DNA from: Octopus vulgaris
Taxonomy: Eukaryota
Assembly: GCA_951406725.2 (NCBI GenBank)
Contig: OX597814.1
Coordinates: forward strand, 65,596,001 to 65,660,000
Reading direction: 5' to 3'
Length of the DNA stretch: 64,000 bases
A program made the position numbers and the translations under genes. The notes beneath the pieces are model-generated. The model searched no databases, was not told the DNA's origin, and saw nothing but the letters and a program-made list of their open reading frames with translations. Positions 26,700 to 39,561 of this stretch are shown here, in pieces (position 1 is the stretch's first letter; each line of letters opens with the position of its first letter).

Positions 26700-27284
26700 T
26701 ATGAAAAAACAAGTCAAAAATAGAAAATGCTAAAATAATTTTATAGTGAACATTTCAGTACCGGTTTCGGTCATTTTGAGACCTTTTCAACTGTAACGAT
26801 TAAATAATTAAATTTAGAAAAATTAGAAGAAAAGTTTTTTTAAAAGAATATTTCTATAGTAGTGTTCAGATTTAAGTGGCATTCTGCCTTTCTCTGACTC
26901 CCTTGTTTGCACTTGTGTGTCGGAGGTCGTTGTGAGTTCTTGGAAGGGTAGTAGAGGAAGAAGGCTGGTGGGGAAAGGGGGATGGGAGAATCTGGGAGTG
27001 CCCTGATGGTCGTATTTTGAATGGTCAGTGGCGGCTGGCAGTCTCAGTTCAATTCAGGAGAATATTTATATTGACAGGCTTGTTTATAGAATTAGCGTAG
27101 GTGTTATACTAAAAAACATTTGTGACAAAGTTAAGGGGTAGGGGGTGGAGAAGTAGAAGAAGAAGAAGAAGAAGAAGAAGAAGAAGAAGAAGAAGAAGAA
27201 GAAGAAGGAGAAGGAGAAGATGACGATGATGGTGGTGGTGGTGATGATTATGACGACGATGATGATGATAATGATGATGATGAA

Positions 27285-27319
<35 letters not shown>

Positions 27320-28355
27320 AGAAGAAGAAGAAGAAGAAGAAGAAGGAGGAGAAGATGGTGGTGATGATGGTGGTGATGATGATGACGACGATGATGATGA
27401 TAATGATGATGATGAAGAAGAAGAGGAAGAAGAAGAAGAAGAAAAAAACAGAGAAGGGGGAATATGAATGGGTGTAAGTATAGCTATGAAGGGGCTGATT
27501 AGTAATGGATTCTATGGAGTGTAATATTTGTGTGTGTATATATATTTTTTTCTTTTATTCTAAAGTTGAGGTATATTAATTGTTTGTCGTAGACCCGTTT
27601 AGAAGTGGCTTGTATTTTGTAATAAAGAGATTTTCTTTACTTATTCGTTGTCTCGAGGTTGTATCGTCCCTAAATTGGTAGAGGGGGAAAATTCTGAAGT
27701 TTGGTGTTTTTTTGTTGGCGCAAGTATCTATGTGTTGGCTAAAAGCTATTTTTCTGTTTTGGGGAATTTTTATCTGGGATCTGTGCAGGGCCATTCGTTT
27801 ACGCAAACCATTTTTTGTTTGGCCTATGTACTGCTCTTGACACCCGGAGCAGGTTAGTGAGTATATTAGGTTCTCCGAAGCACATGTGAAGTTGCTTTTC
27901 ACTGTAAACCGTTGTCCCTGCTTGAAGGAGAACTCTGATCCCTCAATTAGATAGTCGCATATCCCGCAATTGGGTCTTCCACATTTTTTTACTGTCGGCT
28001 TCTGTGTTGAGGAGTGAATTCGGGCTTGTGTAAGGAGACTTTTCATGGATCTAGGCTGTCTTTTGCTTTTTATGATCGTGTGTGTTTGGAGGATTGTGTT
28101 CATTCTGTGGTCTTTTTTTAGGAGGGGTATGTTGTGGAGGATGGTGTCGAAGGCTTCGTTATTGAGAGGGTTGTGTGTGGAGATGTATGGTAAGGCTTTT
28201 GGTTGTAAGTTTTTCTTTGATTTGGGATGTCTCAGTTCCTTGATGTTAAGTTGAAGGGCACGTTGAATGCACTTGTCAATAAGTGAAGGTGGATAGTTCC
28301 TGGTGATTAGGGTATCTTTTAGTTCTTGTAGTCGTGTGTCTCTGGTGTTTGCGTT
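26700..28355 (-). mobile_element. Penelope-like element, 5'-truncated: thumb/linker, GIY-YIG and long 3' region/pLTR
   Basis: The ORF at 27576-28103 and its upstream frame read PYISTHNPLN, CGRPNCGIC, NLIYSLTCSGCQEQYIGQT..LRKRMALH. Homologous to 18036-18509. Ends at (TA)n. Confidence 0.9.
26756..26793 (-). ncRNA. Minimal type I hammerhead motif with a compensated U3:A8 core
   Basis: Minus strand: CAG (stem I) - TTGAAAA - GGTC tcaaaat GACC - GAAA - CCGG - TA - CTG (stem I'). Confidence 0.65.
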
Positions 28356-28548
28356 ATGTATGTATGCATATGCCTGTGTCTATCCTCTCACCATCGCCTG
28401 ACAACCGATGTTTGTGCGTTTACGTCCCCAAAACTTAACGGTTCGGCAAGTACTAGACTTACAGAGAATAAGTCCTGGGATCTATTTGCTCGACTAAAGG
28501 CGGTGCTCCAGCATGCCCGCAGTCAAATGACTGAAATAATTAAAAGAA
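28356..28548 (+). mobile_element. 3' half of a CORE-like SINE
   Basis: Matches 29095-29290. Confidence 0.75.
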
Positions 28549-28887
28549 TACATATATATATATATATCTGGATCTTATATATATATTTGGTATGTATTTA
28601 TACTTGTGCGTGTATATGTTCGTGTATATACCAACATATGTGCATGTGGGTATATGATTCCAAATCGATTAAATTCTGAAACGATTGTACATTATAGATT
28701 AGTTTCTCTCCGTTATTTAGAGAAGTCTGAAGCGCTTTTGGAACTCTCGGTTCAGTGATGTGGATCATGTACGCCACATTCCACAAGATTTACACCTATT
28801 AATGACTGAACTGTTAAAATTTATTCTTCTGAGTACTGTTTCATGCGAGAGCAGGTTCACTAAAATAAGCTTGATAATGACACATAC

Positions 28888-29300
28888 AGGCGCAGGAGTG
28901 GCTGTGTGGTAAGTAGCTTGCTAACCAACCACATGGTTCCGGGTTCAGTCCCACTGCGTGGCATCTTGGGCAAGTGTCTTCTGCTATAGCCCCAGGCCGA
29001 CCAATGCCTTGTGAGTGGATTTGGTAGACGGAAACTGAAAGAAGCCTGTCGTATATATGTATATATATATAAGTGTGCGTGTATATGTTTGTGTGTCTGT
29101 GTTTGTCCCCCTAGCATTGCTTGACAACCGATGCTGGTGCGTTTACGTCCCCGTCACTTAGCGGTTCGGCAAAAGAGACCGATAGAATAAGTACTGGGCT
29201 TACAAAGAATAAGTCCCGGGGTCGATTTGCTCGACTAAAGGCGGTGCTCAAGCATGGCCGCAGTCAAATGACTGAAACAAGTAAAAGAGTAAAAAGAGAG
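28888..29300 (+). mobile_element. Full-length tRNA-derived CORE-like SINE (resembles octopus OR2-type)
   Basis: Head AGGCGCAGGAGTGGCTGTGTGGTAAG...GGTTCAGTCCC, core CTTGGGCAAGTGTC, an internal microsatellite, and a GTAAAAGA tail. Other copies at 51631 and 53762. Confidence 0.85.
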
Positions 29301-30674
29301 TATACTCATGAAATCTCATAAATCATGTATCAGGACTTATGTTATACTGACCCTCTCTAGTTTATTAGAATTTTGAGTCGTATGTCGCATAATAGCTGCA
29401 TTACCACAGGTCAATAGGTAACACCAGGACATCATTGTATCATTTCTCATTGATTCTATGTCTAGGAGAATTAATTTTACATTGGTAAAATACATGATTA
29501 ATCTCTTCTTTATTCACTTAATAAGTATATCGTATGAGGAATAATGACACCATTTCTACACTTGTGCAATATTTTGCCATATTATTGGAGAAAGTATTGC
29601 ACTTTTACCCTGAAATATAGTAACAGATATAATTTCGTCAATGTGTTAAGTGTCAGTGTTTGTTAGGTGCAATACATATGTCTGTGTTAACGTAGAGGAC
29701 ATAGAAAATGGCAAGCATTTTATGAGCATCCTGTATACGTATGGGTGCAATAAACCAGACTACAAAACGCGTTGCATATGCGATTGAAAATCTAGTTAGT
29801 TTTTGCTGCGAAAGACCTTTTTTATGTGTTTAAGACACACTTAATAAAAAAATGCATCTTCAGGAAGCAGACTGTTGCAGCTTAAAGATCCCTTCGAGTT
29901 TTGACATGCTTATTACAGCCGATGCAGTCTGAAATGAGTTAAAATCTAAGGAATCGCATAACGTAAAATACAGCGGTGATAATATGAAAAAGTAGTAACA
30001 GTTATTTTATGCCTATATTATATACTTTACTTCAGAAGGAAGGCTGCTTGTAGTTAAAATGATCAAGAAATATATCATTACTAAATCCAAGTGTATTTAG
30101 TTTTTCATGAAACAAAAAAAATTTCGTCTTATGTTCTCTGAATTCTATCTAAATCTCTGCAATATAGTCTAATGCTTAAAAATCAGTGAAAAATTATGAA
30201 GTTAGAAGTTTGATATTATTGAGAATGTTGGTTTCAGTTAAATTCCAAGCCGAAGTTTGAGGTTTTTGCAAGTTTAGCAGTTTTCAACCTCAGCATTGTT
30301 GGGGCATGTGCACTTTCGTCAAAAATAATCACAATATATTATTCTATTATTTGTAAAATATTGTGATATTTTAAGAAAAAAGTAACCGAATTAATTATGT
30401 AGTGCATCCTGCCGTTTATAACGTTACTACTTCAAGAAATCAACAGCTTTAACCCATAATTTGGGATAAGAGTAATATGCGAATCTGTTTCACATTTTTA
30501 TAGTTATATTACACACACGTCTGTGTAATAAAACAGGCTTACTTCCCAGCTACATGGTTCCGGGCTCAGACCTACTACGTGACACCTTGGGCAGATGTCT
30601 TCTACTATAGTCTCAGGTTAACCAGAACCTAGTGAGTGGGTTTGGTAGACCGAAGCTGAAAGAAGCCCATCGTA

Positions 30675-30733
<59 letters not shown>

Positions 30734-30742
<9 letters not shown>

Positions 30743-31883
30743 TTTTGTTTTTTTATATCTGTCCCTTTTGCTGTCCTGGTGTTCGTATGCATTCGATCCT
30801 TCTTCCAGGAAATCTACGCTTCCAGCTTAGTTTTTCTAATGCTCGTTGCTTAGTTTTTCTTGGAGGGCTGGCCGTGATCTAGTAATCTCAAGATTAATCA
30901 GCCGAAATTACTACGATGATCCGGTTCTTGACTGAAGACTGAGGGTTTCGAATGTCCTGTCCGTGTTTATTGTATCGTCTTCTAAGAGTTATACGTTCTT
31001 GTCCATGTTGTATTTTTCTACATACCTTAACATATATTCCAGGCGCCCCGTACCCCCCTTAACATTAATGTGAGCACATATTCTTAATAATTGGTACGAC
31101 TCTCTGTTTGTCTCTCTCTCTCTCTCATTTTTACTTGATCTGTCCCCCTCTCTCTCTTTTCTCTCTACTCATCCTCTTTTTCTCTTCTCTTTCCTCTGAT
31201 TCTTTGGTCTAGTCTTCCACTACCCTCCTATTTCTTTGTCTCGCTCTGCACTCACAGGTCATTCTTCGACACCCATCCCTTCTCCTCTCTGATTCCTTCT
31301 TTCTCTCTCTTCTCTCTCTTTGTTGCGTTTGTCCCTCCTCTCTCTCTCTCCTCTCTCTCTCTCTTCCTTTGCTTCTCTTTCTTTTCTTTTCCCTCTTCTC
31401 TGTCACGTGACTGTTGGCCGAAATCTGCCTTTCAGCTCCTGACCCTCGTCGTGTTAACATCGCTGTTTTCGTCCGCCGCTATAAAGGCTTTTTCCAATGC
31501 GCCAGAGAAAAAATTTGTTTGCTTGTTATCAGTCGTAAGACACTGTTGTTTTCACCGTTAATGCTTCTGTATTTCATGTTTCTGTATTCCATTATTGTTT
31601 TTTGTTTTTTTATATCTGTCCCTTTTGCTGTCCTGGTGTTCGTATGCATTCGATCCTTCTTCCAGGAAATCTACGCTTCCAGCTTAGTTTTTCTAATGCT
31701 CGTTGCTTAGTTTTTCTTGGAGGGCTGGCCGTGATCTAGTAATCTCAAGATTAATCAGCCGAAATTACTACGATGATCCGGTTCTTGACTGAAGACTGAG
31801 GGTTTCGAATGTCCTGTCCGTGTTTATTGTATCGTCTTCTAAGAGTTATACGTTCTTGTCCATGTTGTATTTTTCTACATACC

Positions 31884-31887
<4 letters not shown>
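30734..31887. mobile_element. Non-coding element with 297-bp direct terminal repeats inserted in (TA)n
   Basis: 30734-31030 and 31591-31887 appear identical (offset 857). The ~560-bp interior is CT-rich. (TA)n lies on both sides. Confidence 0.8.
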
Positions 31888-31953
<66 letters not shown>

Positions 31954-31989
31954 ATTTCCTTTCGAGGCACAAGTCAGGGAAATATTGAT

Positions 31990-32230
31990 TTATAGAAGTC
32001 TAGCAGTAACCGATGCATAGCAGCATCTCCTCTCCAGGCCACCGGTGTTACCCGTAGGAAAGGCACAGGACGATACAGCATGGCACCACTGACGTCGCAA
32101 TTTGTTTCTATAATTGAGTGAGATTTTGTTTCTATAGTAGAGCAGTATGAAATAAAGTGCCTTGCTTAAGAACACAGCATAAACGACGGTCCAGGAGTCG
32201 AACTTACTACCACATGATTGTGAGCTCATT
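31990..32230 (-). mobile_element. Decayed tRNA/core SINE
   Basis: Minus strand has AAGTTCGACTCC...GTGTTCTTAAGCAAGGCACTTTATTTCA, as in 43717-44044. Confidence 0.55.
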
Positions 32231-32494
32231 AAATGCCTTTATAAAATAAATTTGTTTGATATATTTTGAAGGTGTTTCCATTATTTTGTGTATATATGCA
32301 AGCATGTATGTATGCATTAATTCTTTGTGATATGTTTGTATCGCAAGTGCCTCTTGTGGCACTCTTTAGGGCGACCATTGTAGCTTAGCTTTTATGGAAC
32401 AATAGGAGTGATAAATAAATTTCTAAAGTTGATTCATTCAGTTAATATCTCTCGAAGGCCGTGCCCCTGTATGGCCAGAAAGAAGTGAAAGGTA

Positions 32495-33240
32495 AAATTG
32501 TAGAAGCATAAGTTCTGTCCGAATTCTGAATAAAGAAAACAAGTGATCAAATGTTACATTTAATTAAAATTTAATCATCGATGTACTTTCCCTGATTATC
32601 TATGACTTCCTTCCATCTATTAACAAACTTTTTAATCCCATCAATGTAAAACTCTTTTGGTTTCAAAGCGAAGAACTCTCAAATGTCAGTTTCCTGGCTT
32701 GCGAAAGTTATGTCCCCCAAATGATTCTGTAAACTACGAAACAAATGTTAGTCTACAGGAGCAAGGTCAGGAGAATAAGGTGGATGAGGAATTTTTTCCC
32801 AACCAAGCTCTTCGCTCTTCTGTGTTCTGATCTTTGCAGTGTGGGGTCGCGCATTGTCCTGATGAAACATCACTCCTTTTCGAATCAATAAAGCGGGTCT
32901 TTTTCTCTTCAAAGCTTGGTTCAAACGCTCTAATTGCTGACGGTAGACGAGCATTGATTGTTGCATTAGGTGGTATGTATCAAAGTATGTACTCTATGTG
33001 CAATGTATGTATGTATGTATGTATGCTTTTCCCCATGAAGTATGCATATGTATCGGTATATGGTTGAGCCTTTGAATGTCTTACCAAGCCACTGTTTACA
33101 TTTAACATTTCGATAGAAGATCCAGTTTTCGTCACCAGTGACAAGTCTATCCAAAAAGAGTGAAATGAGTTCGCGAGAATGGAGAGAAGAGCAGATGTCA
33201 ACTTGGGATTTGCAGTCGTTTTCGGACAATTCAAGAGGCA
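32495..33240 (-). pseudogene. Mariner transposase fragment (D,D34D domain), interrupted
   Basis: LDRLVTGDENWIFY and YRQQLERLNQALKRKRP...FHQDNARPHTAK...LGWEKIPHPPYSPDLAPVD. Contains stops and a foreign insertion at ~32966-33060. Confidence 0.85.
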
Positions 33241-33525
33241 CCCACTTCCACCAGGGTCCCCAGATTTCAATATTGTTGAACATTTATGGTTCATTTTAGA
33301 AAAACAAGTAAAGAGTCGATATCCTCCACCATCATCACTACAGGAACTGAAGAGTGTTTTAGCTGAAGAATGGACAAAAATTCCTTTGGAAACAATTCAA
33401 ACTTTGTAAGGGTTCATATCTCGTAGAATTCAAGCTGTAATTACCTGTCAAAGGCGGTCCTGCACCATATTAAAATAAATTTGTTTGAAATTTTAAGGTG
33501 TTTCCATTATTTTGTCCAACCCCGG
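33238..33525 (+). pseudogene. Tc1-like transposase C-terminal fragment with right TIR
   Basis: PPGSPDFNIVEHLWFILEKQV...LQELKSVLAEEWTKIP matches the Tc1 SPDLNPIEHLW motif. Ends ...TTTTGTCCAACCCCGG|TA. Confidence 0.8.
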
Positions 33526-34172
33526 TATATATGCAAGCATGTATGTATGCATTAATTCTTTGTGATATGTGATACGCAAGTGCCTCTGTGGCACTCTTTA
33601 GGGTCGACGCATTGTCTTCTTTTATGGAACAATAGGAGTGATACAAAAATATTTCTTTGGTAATATATATCTGTGTCTGTGTGTGTACGCGCGTGTGGTG
33701 TGCGTGCGTGCGTGTGCGTGCGTGTTTATATATATAATAGGATACTGTTTAGGTACAAATGAATATTGGCAATAGATTTCAACTCAAAAATTATGAATTA
33801 TGAATTGTATATTGCATTTACTCGGTAATTCAGTTTCTGCATGAAGATATGTTATCTAGTAATTTGCTGTCTTTCTTGCTGTCTATCAAGATTGTGACAC
33901 CAACGTAGATGTCTTCTCTATACTAAACGTTTTTCCGTCCTGCAAATTCAATTTGAACTGTTCCCACAAGTTTTCGAAAGCTATCACCAACGGATCTGTC
34001 ATCAAGATTTCAGTAAATGACATAACCGGGAAACTGATTGAATGCCAAAAAGAATACTAAACCACCACTGTAAAACAGGAAGGTCAAAGAGGGCTGGAAT
34101 GTTGCTAATACCATTGCAGTGATACTGGGGACAAACCCCCTGTTATCGTAGCCCACTAACATATATATATAT

Positions 34173-34262
<90 letters not shown>

Positions 34263-35719
34263 ATGTATGTATGTATGTATGTATGTATGTATGAACGTAT
34301 GCATATGTATATGTATATGTATATTTGAATGTCTTCATAATATTTACATACCAGCATGTGTCGAAGCACCAGCCCAATTCTATATAAACATAGCAAATTT
34401 GATTCTGTTTACAGATGAAATTTACATGTGTGACAAAAAGAAATGAAGATATGTATGCAAGATGTGGTTGGGGGATGTGTTTCTCATTCTTTCTAACTCG
34501 AAGAAGCAATTCAACATGTTTCCTTCCATTGAGAGAAATTTCTGTGTTCACTGCTGTATGAAGGAATACAACTGCAACAACAGACAAATACATTAAGCCC
34601 TTAATAATGATAATTACGGTCTATGATAACGTTTTATTTAGTCTATATATTATATACGCTGAAGCTACAAGTTACAGCTTGAAGTGGTGACAAAATCAAA
34701 ACGCTATGGTTCAGTACAGTCACTTCCTTCTCACATAACCTTCTGATGCGATGAGTAATAGCGTCAAGTATTTTTTCAACCAACAGTAGGTAATCTCATT
34801 TTTATCACCACATGCTGATATATCATTGTTTAAGGGAAAGTCCAAAATGATGGATATGTAACCTTTTCCTTGCAAGATATTGTATTTCCTTAAGGAAACT
34901 GTCTTTATATATGAGAACATGTTGAATGTAGAAATCAAAATACCAATAAAACTAAACTTTCTTGTTTTGATATCTAGCTTTCAAATCTTAAAAATGATAA
35001 AAACAGATACACTCTATATTCATTTCACATATAGATGAAACATATTAGAACCAAACAATAAATGCATATGCAGCGGCATAAATTATCGGATAGTTTCAAA
35101 TATCATCATTGTTCTAATTGAAAAGAAATGGTTACATTAAGGAACTTATAACAAAACAATGTTTAAGCTAACTTTTTAAATGCATTTCATTATAAACCTC
35201 TTAAAAGTAAACAGTGTGGTAACCCGACTGGCGGTGGTCTAATACGGTGATTGATAGCTCATTAGGAACACGGGTTTTTGCAAGAAGTTAGTAAAGGACG
35301 CTGGTTTACTAGCATTTACTCGCACAAGTTGACCGCACTTCAATTATTTATTTACCCTGGAACATCGTTCTCTAATGACAATATGTAGCAAAATGTGTGA
35401 ATATACGTGGCAATGTAATGCTCGAACTTAACGCCATTTTTTGTTTATTCAATACGGTTAATAACTACGGTACGTAAAAGGGTAAAAGGTTAGAGAAATG
35501 GTGGTCAGTAACAGTATTTAAGTAAATTACTAGAGTAAAAAAATTTACAATGAATATATTGCAGCTTTAGATTAGCCTGGAGAAATTGTGGTGTGGTCTT
35601 TTGAGACCATTTTATGTATGAATTATAATCTGTATCATATTTTCGATATAAACAATAGTTTCTTCCAGTCACATCATTAGAGTATAGAGATTTCAGTAAC
35701 TGATCGTGAAATACGATAG

Positions 35720-36572
35720 AACAACTATAATCCAAATACATCATGCACCTCGCCCTTGGATCCGACGAGACCTCCCGCCCGTTCCTGGGATCGTCGCTTG
35801 TCGTTGGGTTTTCCCACGCCCGTCTCCGCGGGACCACTCTTCCATCTTCCCCTCAGCTGGAGTCCTTTTCCTTAACCCCCCTTTTTCGTTACACACACGC
35901 GCACACATATACACACATTGCTTAAATATATACATTACTCTTACACACATTCAATCTACTCGCCATTAATACTACCACGACACTGGACACACACACACAC
36001 TACTACTCAACACACGATGGCACGCTACATACGCCCCCACCCCTTCCCCTCCCTCCCTTTTTCCTTCCTTTTCTTACTACTGACCTTTGTCTGCTATGCT
36101 GCTGCTATGCTGACCACCGTCTCGCCCTACCTCACACGCCTACACACAGACGCACACACTAACACATACATATATTTTTTGTTTTTTTATCTCGCCTCAC
36201 ACACACACATACACACACGCACACGCACACACTCACACATACACACACATCTGTTGCGTTACCAACCTTGTCTCCACTCTTTTGCCTTTAAAAACCCACT
36301 TTGCTCTTGTTATCGTAAACATCCGCCTTTCACCATGTGTAACTCCTAAACACCAGTCGTTTTTTTCTCTATCCCCGTTGCCCGCTCTGGGATCTTTCTT
36401 TCCTCTCTCTTCCTTCTTTATGTTTCCGACGAAGAGCTCCGCTCGAAAAACGTCATACCTCCCTGCTTCCATTTCCTGAGCGCCTATTAATAATAATAAT
36501 GTAATTGTTCCATTGTTGTTGTTTTTTTGTTTCCCGTTTGGATTAAAATTATATATATATATACATATATAT
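35720..36572 (+). mobile_element. Penelope-type pLTR/non-coding derivative
   Basis: 3' end homologous to 17135-17310 and to the reverse complement of 23830-24000. Contains a hammerhead motif and terminates in (TA)n. The 5' boundary is uncertain. Confidence 0.6.
36422..36458 (+). ncRNA. Degenerate minimal hammerhead motif (CCGACGA core)
   Basis: GTTT - CCGACGA - A - GAGC tcc GCTC - GAAA(AA) - CG - TC - ATAC. Confidence 0.55.
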
Positions 36573-37029
36573 ATGTAACCCGCTCTGCGCAAGTGCTTCA
36601 TTTGTTTTAGGATAGGACATATGGTGGCAAAGAAATAATTGAACTATAAACTGAGTGATAAAATACTATTTCGTTGATATATACACACGATAGCAAATTG
36701 GAGTATCTTCCATAAGTGAATTCATATTTCATTAAAGCATTTTCTATACTGTAGTGTTCATTTGACGAATGGCATGAAAATACGAATAGCAAATTCAATT
36801 ACTGGAATTTTTCTAGCAATGTTGTAAAACTGTGTGACTGGAGAATGAAAGAAACATGTTTCCAATACATGTTAATAAGAGCAAGTATGGGACATTTGAA
36901 AGTTCTCTGAGTGACGAAGCATTCCAAAAATGTATTTCCGAATCTAGGTTGATTCAGAGTTCTCCTTTTTACCAAATAATTATTTAAGGAGAGACTAATA
37001 ATAACGCGAAAGTAAAGAAAAATCAGTTG

Positions 37030-37240
37030 ATTTCAAATATGGTAGAAGGCCAGCGATTTGTTGAGATGGGTAGATCGCTTGCATCAACCTCAGTGCTCAA
37101 CTGGTAGTTATTTTATCGACTTCGAAAGGATGAAAGGCATAGTCGACCTCAGCAGTAATTTAACTCAGAACATGGAGCCGAACGAAATCTTGCTAAGTAT
37201 TCCGCCCGGCATGCTAACAATTCTATCAGCTTGCCGTTTT
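37030..37240 (-). mobile_element. Nin-domain-like SINE, decayed
   Basis: ttttatcgacttcgaaaggatgaaaggcatagtcgacctc matches 10900-10945. Confidence 0.7.
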
Positions 37241-38207
37241 AAGGTCCAACTTAATATTAAGGACATCACTTCTTTTCGCATGCGGCTAAAATGTATGAGG
37301 AAAGCACTCCAAAAAACTTTAAAAGCCGAAACACTTAAGACGGTCAGTGTAACAAACTATTCAAAGACAACGTACGGCGTCAGGAAAGATGGAATCGTTT
37401 AAATGCAAATATATATGAAAGCAACATTTGTTAAAAAAACATCAAGCCGATGAAAATATATGGAACATATACATGAACAGATTCCTGTAAAATTCAGATG
37501 CCCAGCAAAAGTGAAATTTACCTATAAAGTTATAAAGGCATTTCCTGACTGCAAATTTATACAGGAATTCTATTATATTTGCATTATTTTTTTTTTTTTT
37601 TGATACTAACATTAACCTGAACAAATAACATAAATTGTTGCTGAAATGGATAGTTTCAGTTTCTACTGACACATTCATATTGTGATAACAAAGAACACTC
37701 TACGTGATTGCATGTCGTGCTGATAATATTTTACACTGTGTAGCCATGGCTGGAAAGCTTTTGTTCAAAGCACTGCCTGATCATAGAAGACCTTGAGTGA
37801 AACAACAAAAATAACAGCAACTATCATACAGCTGAGTTCAAAAACTTATTTTAAACATGACGAAAATGTTTCAGCACATTTCAATGGCGAAACGGATGAA
37901 ATCCCAATGTACAAGCATAGTCATACCATGAATCTAGTAATGAACTAGATTCCGACAAAAGAGAATTGTCTTAATGCCACTAAACATCTACGATATTATT
38001 ACTTTCGAAAACACTAAAAGAAGAATATTTTAGAGTTATAAGCATACATAATATGCAAACATATATAAATATATATTTACACTCACGCAGTTTTGCATAC
38101 ACATATGCATATACACACACACGCATACACACACACAGACACACACACACATAAATAAATATATGTATATATATATGTATATATATATGTATATATATAT
38201 ATATACG

Positions 38208-38241
<34 letters not shown>

Positions 38242-38646
38242 TATATTAACGTATATATATATGTGTGTGTGTACGTATATACATGTGTGTGTACATATTT
38301 TTATATACTCATCTACCTATCTACATACAAACCTTGCCATGTATGCATATATGCATACACTCATACATACATGAAGAAAATCATGCATACATACATATCA
38401 AAATCATCAGCAGAACGACCAGATATCTCACACATCAGAATAACTGAAAATCATGATTTTATTTTCTGTTGGTTTATTGTTGTCTGAATACTACACAACA
38501 GTGCTTTGTAACATAAGGACCGGATATAATGTTCCTCCATATGTGTGTGTGTGTGCGCGCGCGCGCGTTTGTGCGTGTGCGTGTTTGCGTGTGTATGTGT
38601 GTGTGTAAATGAATATAACTATATATAAATGCATTTATATATATAT

Positions 38647-38687
<41 letters not shown>

Positions 38688-39189
38688 TATAAATACACAC
38701 ACACACACATATATGTATATATGTATGTATGTATGTATATATGTATATATATGCAGACATTCTTTTGCATATGTGTGTGTCTATCTGTATGAACACAAAT
38801 ATACGTACATACATTCAAACAAAGTTACAAACACACACATACACGAACGCACTCATTTACATACGCACGTCCATTTGTAGCTTTCAGTAGGTGACATCTT
38901 TTATGAAGTGATGTTTCAAAATCATCAAGATTACAGCAACTTCCACCAATATCGCTCCCTCCAACAGCGCCTGGCAGCATTGATTACAAGCCTGCTTATT
39001 TTGACCCGCAACATTGCAGACTTTTTTTTACCTCCTGTACCTTCACTTCGAGCCGAGTGGAGATGTGACCACTGCAACAAAACAGGAAATGTTTGTTTGG
39101 CTTTCTCCATGCACTCAGCATTCGCATGTTCTTCGGAAGTCTTCGCGATCCTCTGTCATACACACAGTGAACTATTTCCTGCTTCATTC

Positions 39190-39480
39190 TCCTTTTTAGT
39201 GAATATACGTGGTTTAATGGCTTGTGTATTCAGCTCAAGATCCTACGATCGTGAATTCTGCTCTCAGCCGCGCGTTATGTTCTTGAGCGCGACATTTCCT
39301 TTCACGTTGCTCCACTTCACACAGTGGCAAAAATCTGTTGTACCTATATTTCAAAGGGCCAGCTTTGTCACATTTTATGTCACCTTGAATTTCCCTGGGA
39401 ACTACGTCCTGTTGTATGGACTGGAACACACGTCATCGCACCGACGAAGAGTCCAGCCTCTCCGTTGCACGACAGAGCTC
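39190..39480 (+). mobile_element. Decayed copy of the SINE at 43717-44044
   Basis: Colinear similarity (ttcacgttgctcca...atttcaaagggccagc...gaactacgt...gacagagct). Confidence 0.65.
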
Positions 39481-39561
39481 TAAATCTAATGCCCACCTAA
39501 ATCTAATGCCTAAATCTAATGTCCACCTAAATCTAATGCCTACCTAAATCTAATGCCCACC
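39481..39561 (+). repeat. Minisatellite TAAATCTAATGCC(CACC), ~5 units
   Basis: Direct reading. Lies immediately 3' of a SINE. Confidence 0.9.

Noticed and set aside
38908-39483. 191-aa ORF
   Set aside because: Overlaps a decayed SINE and has no recognisable protein motif.
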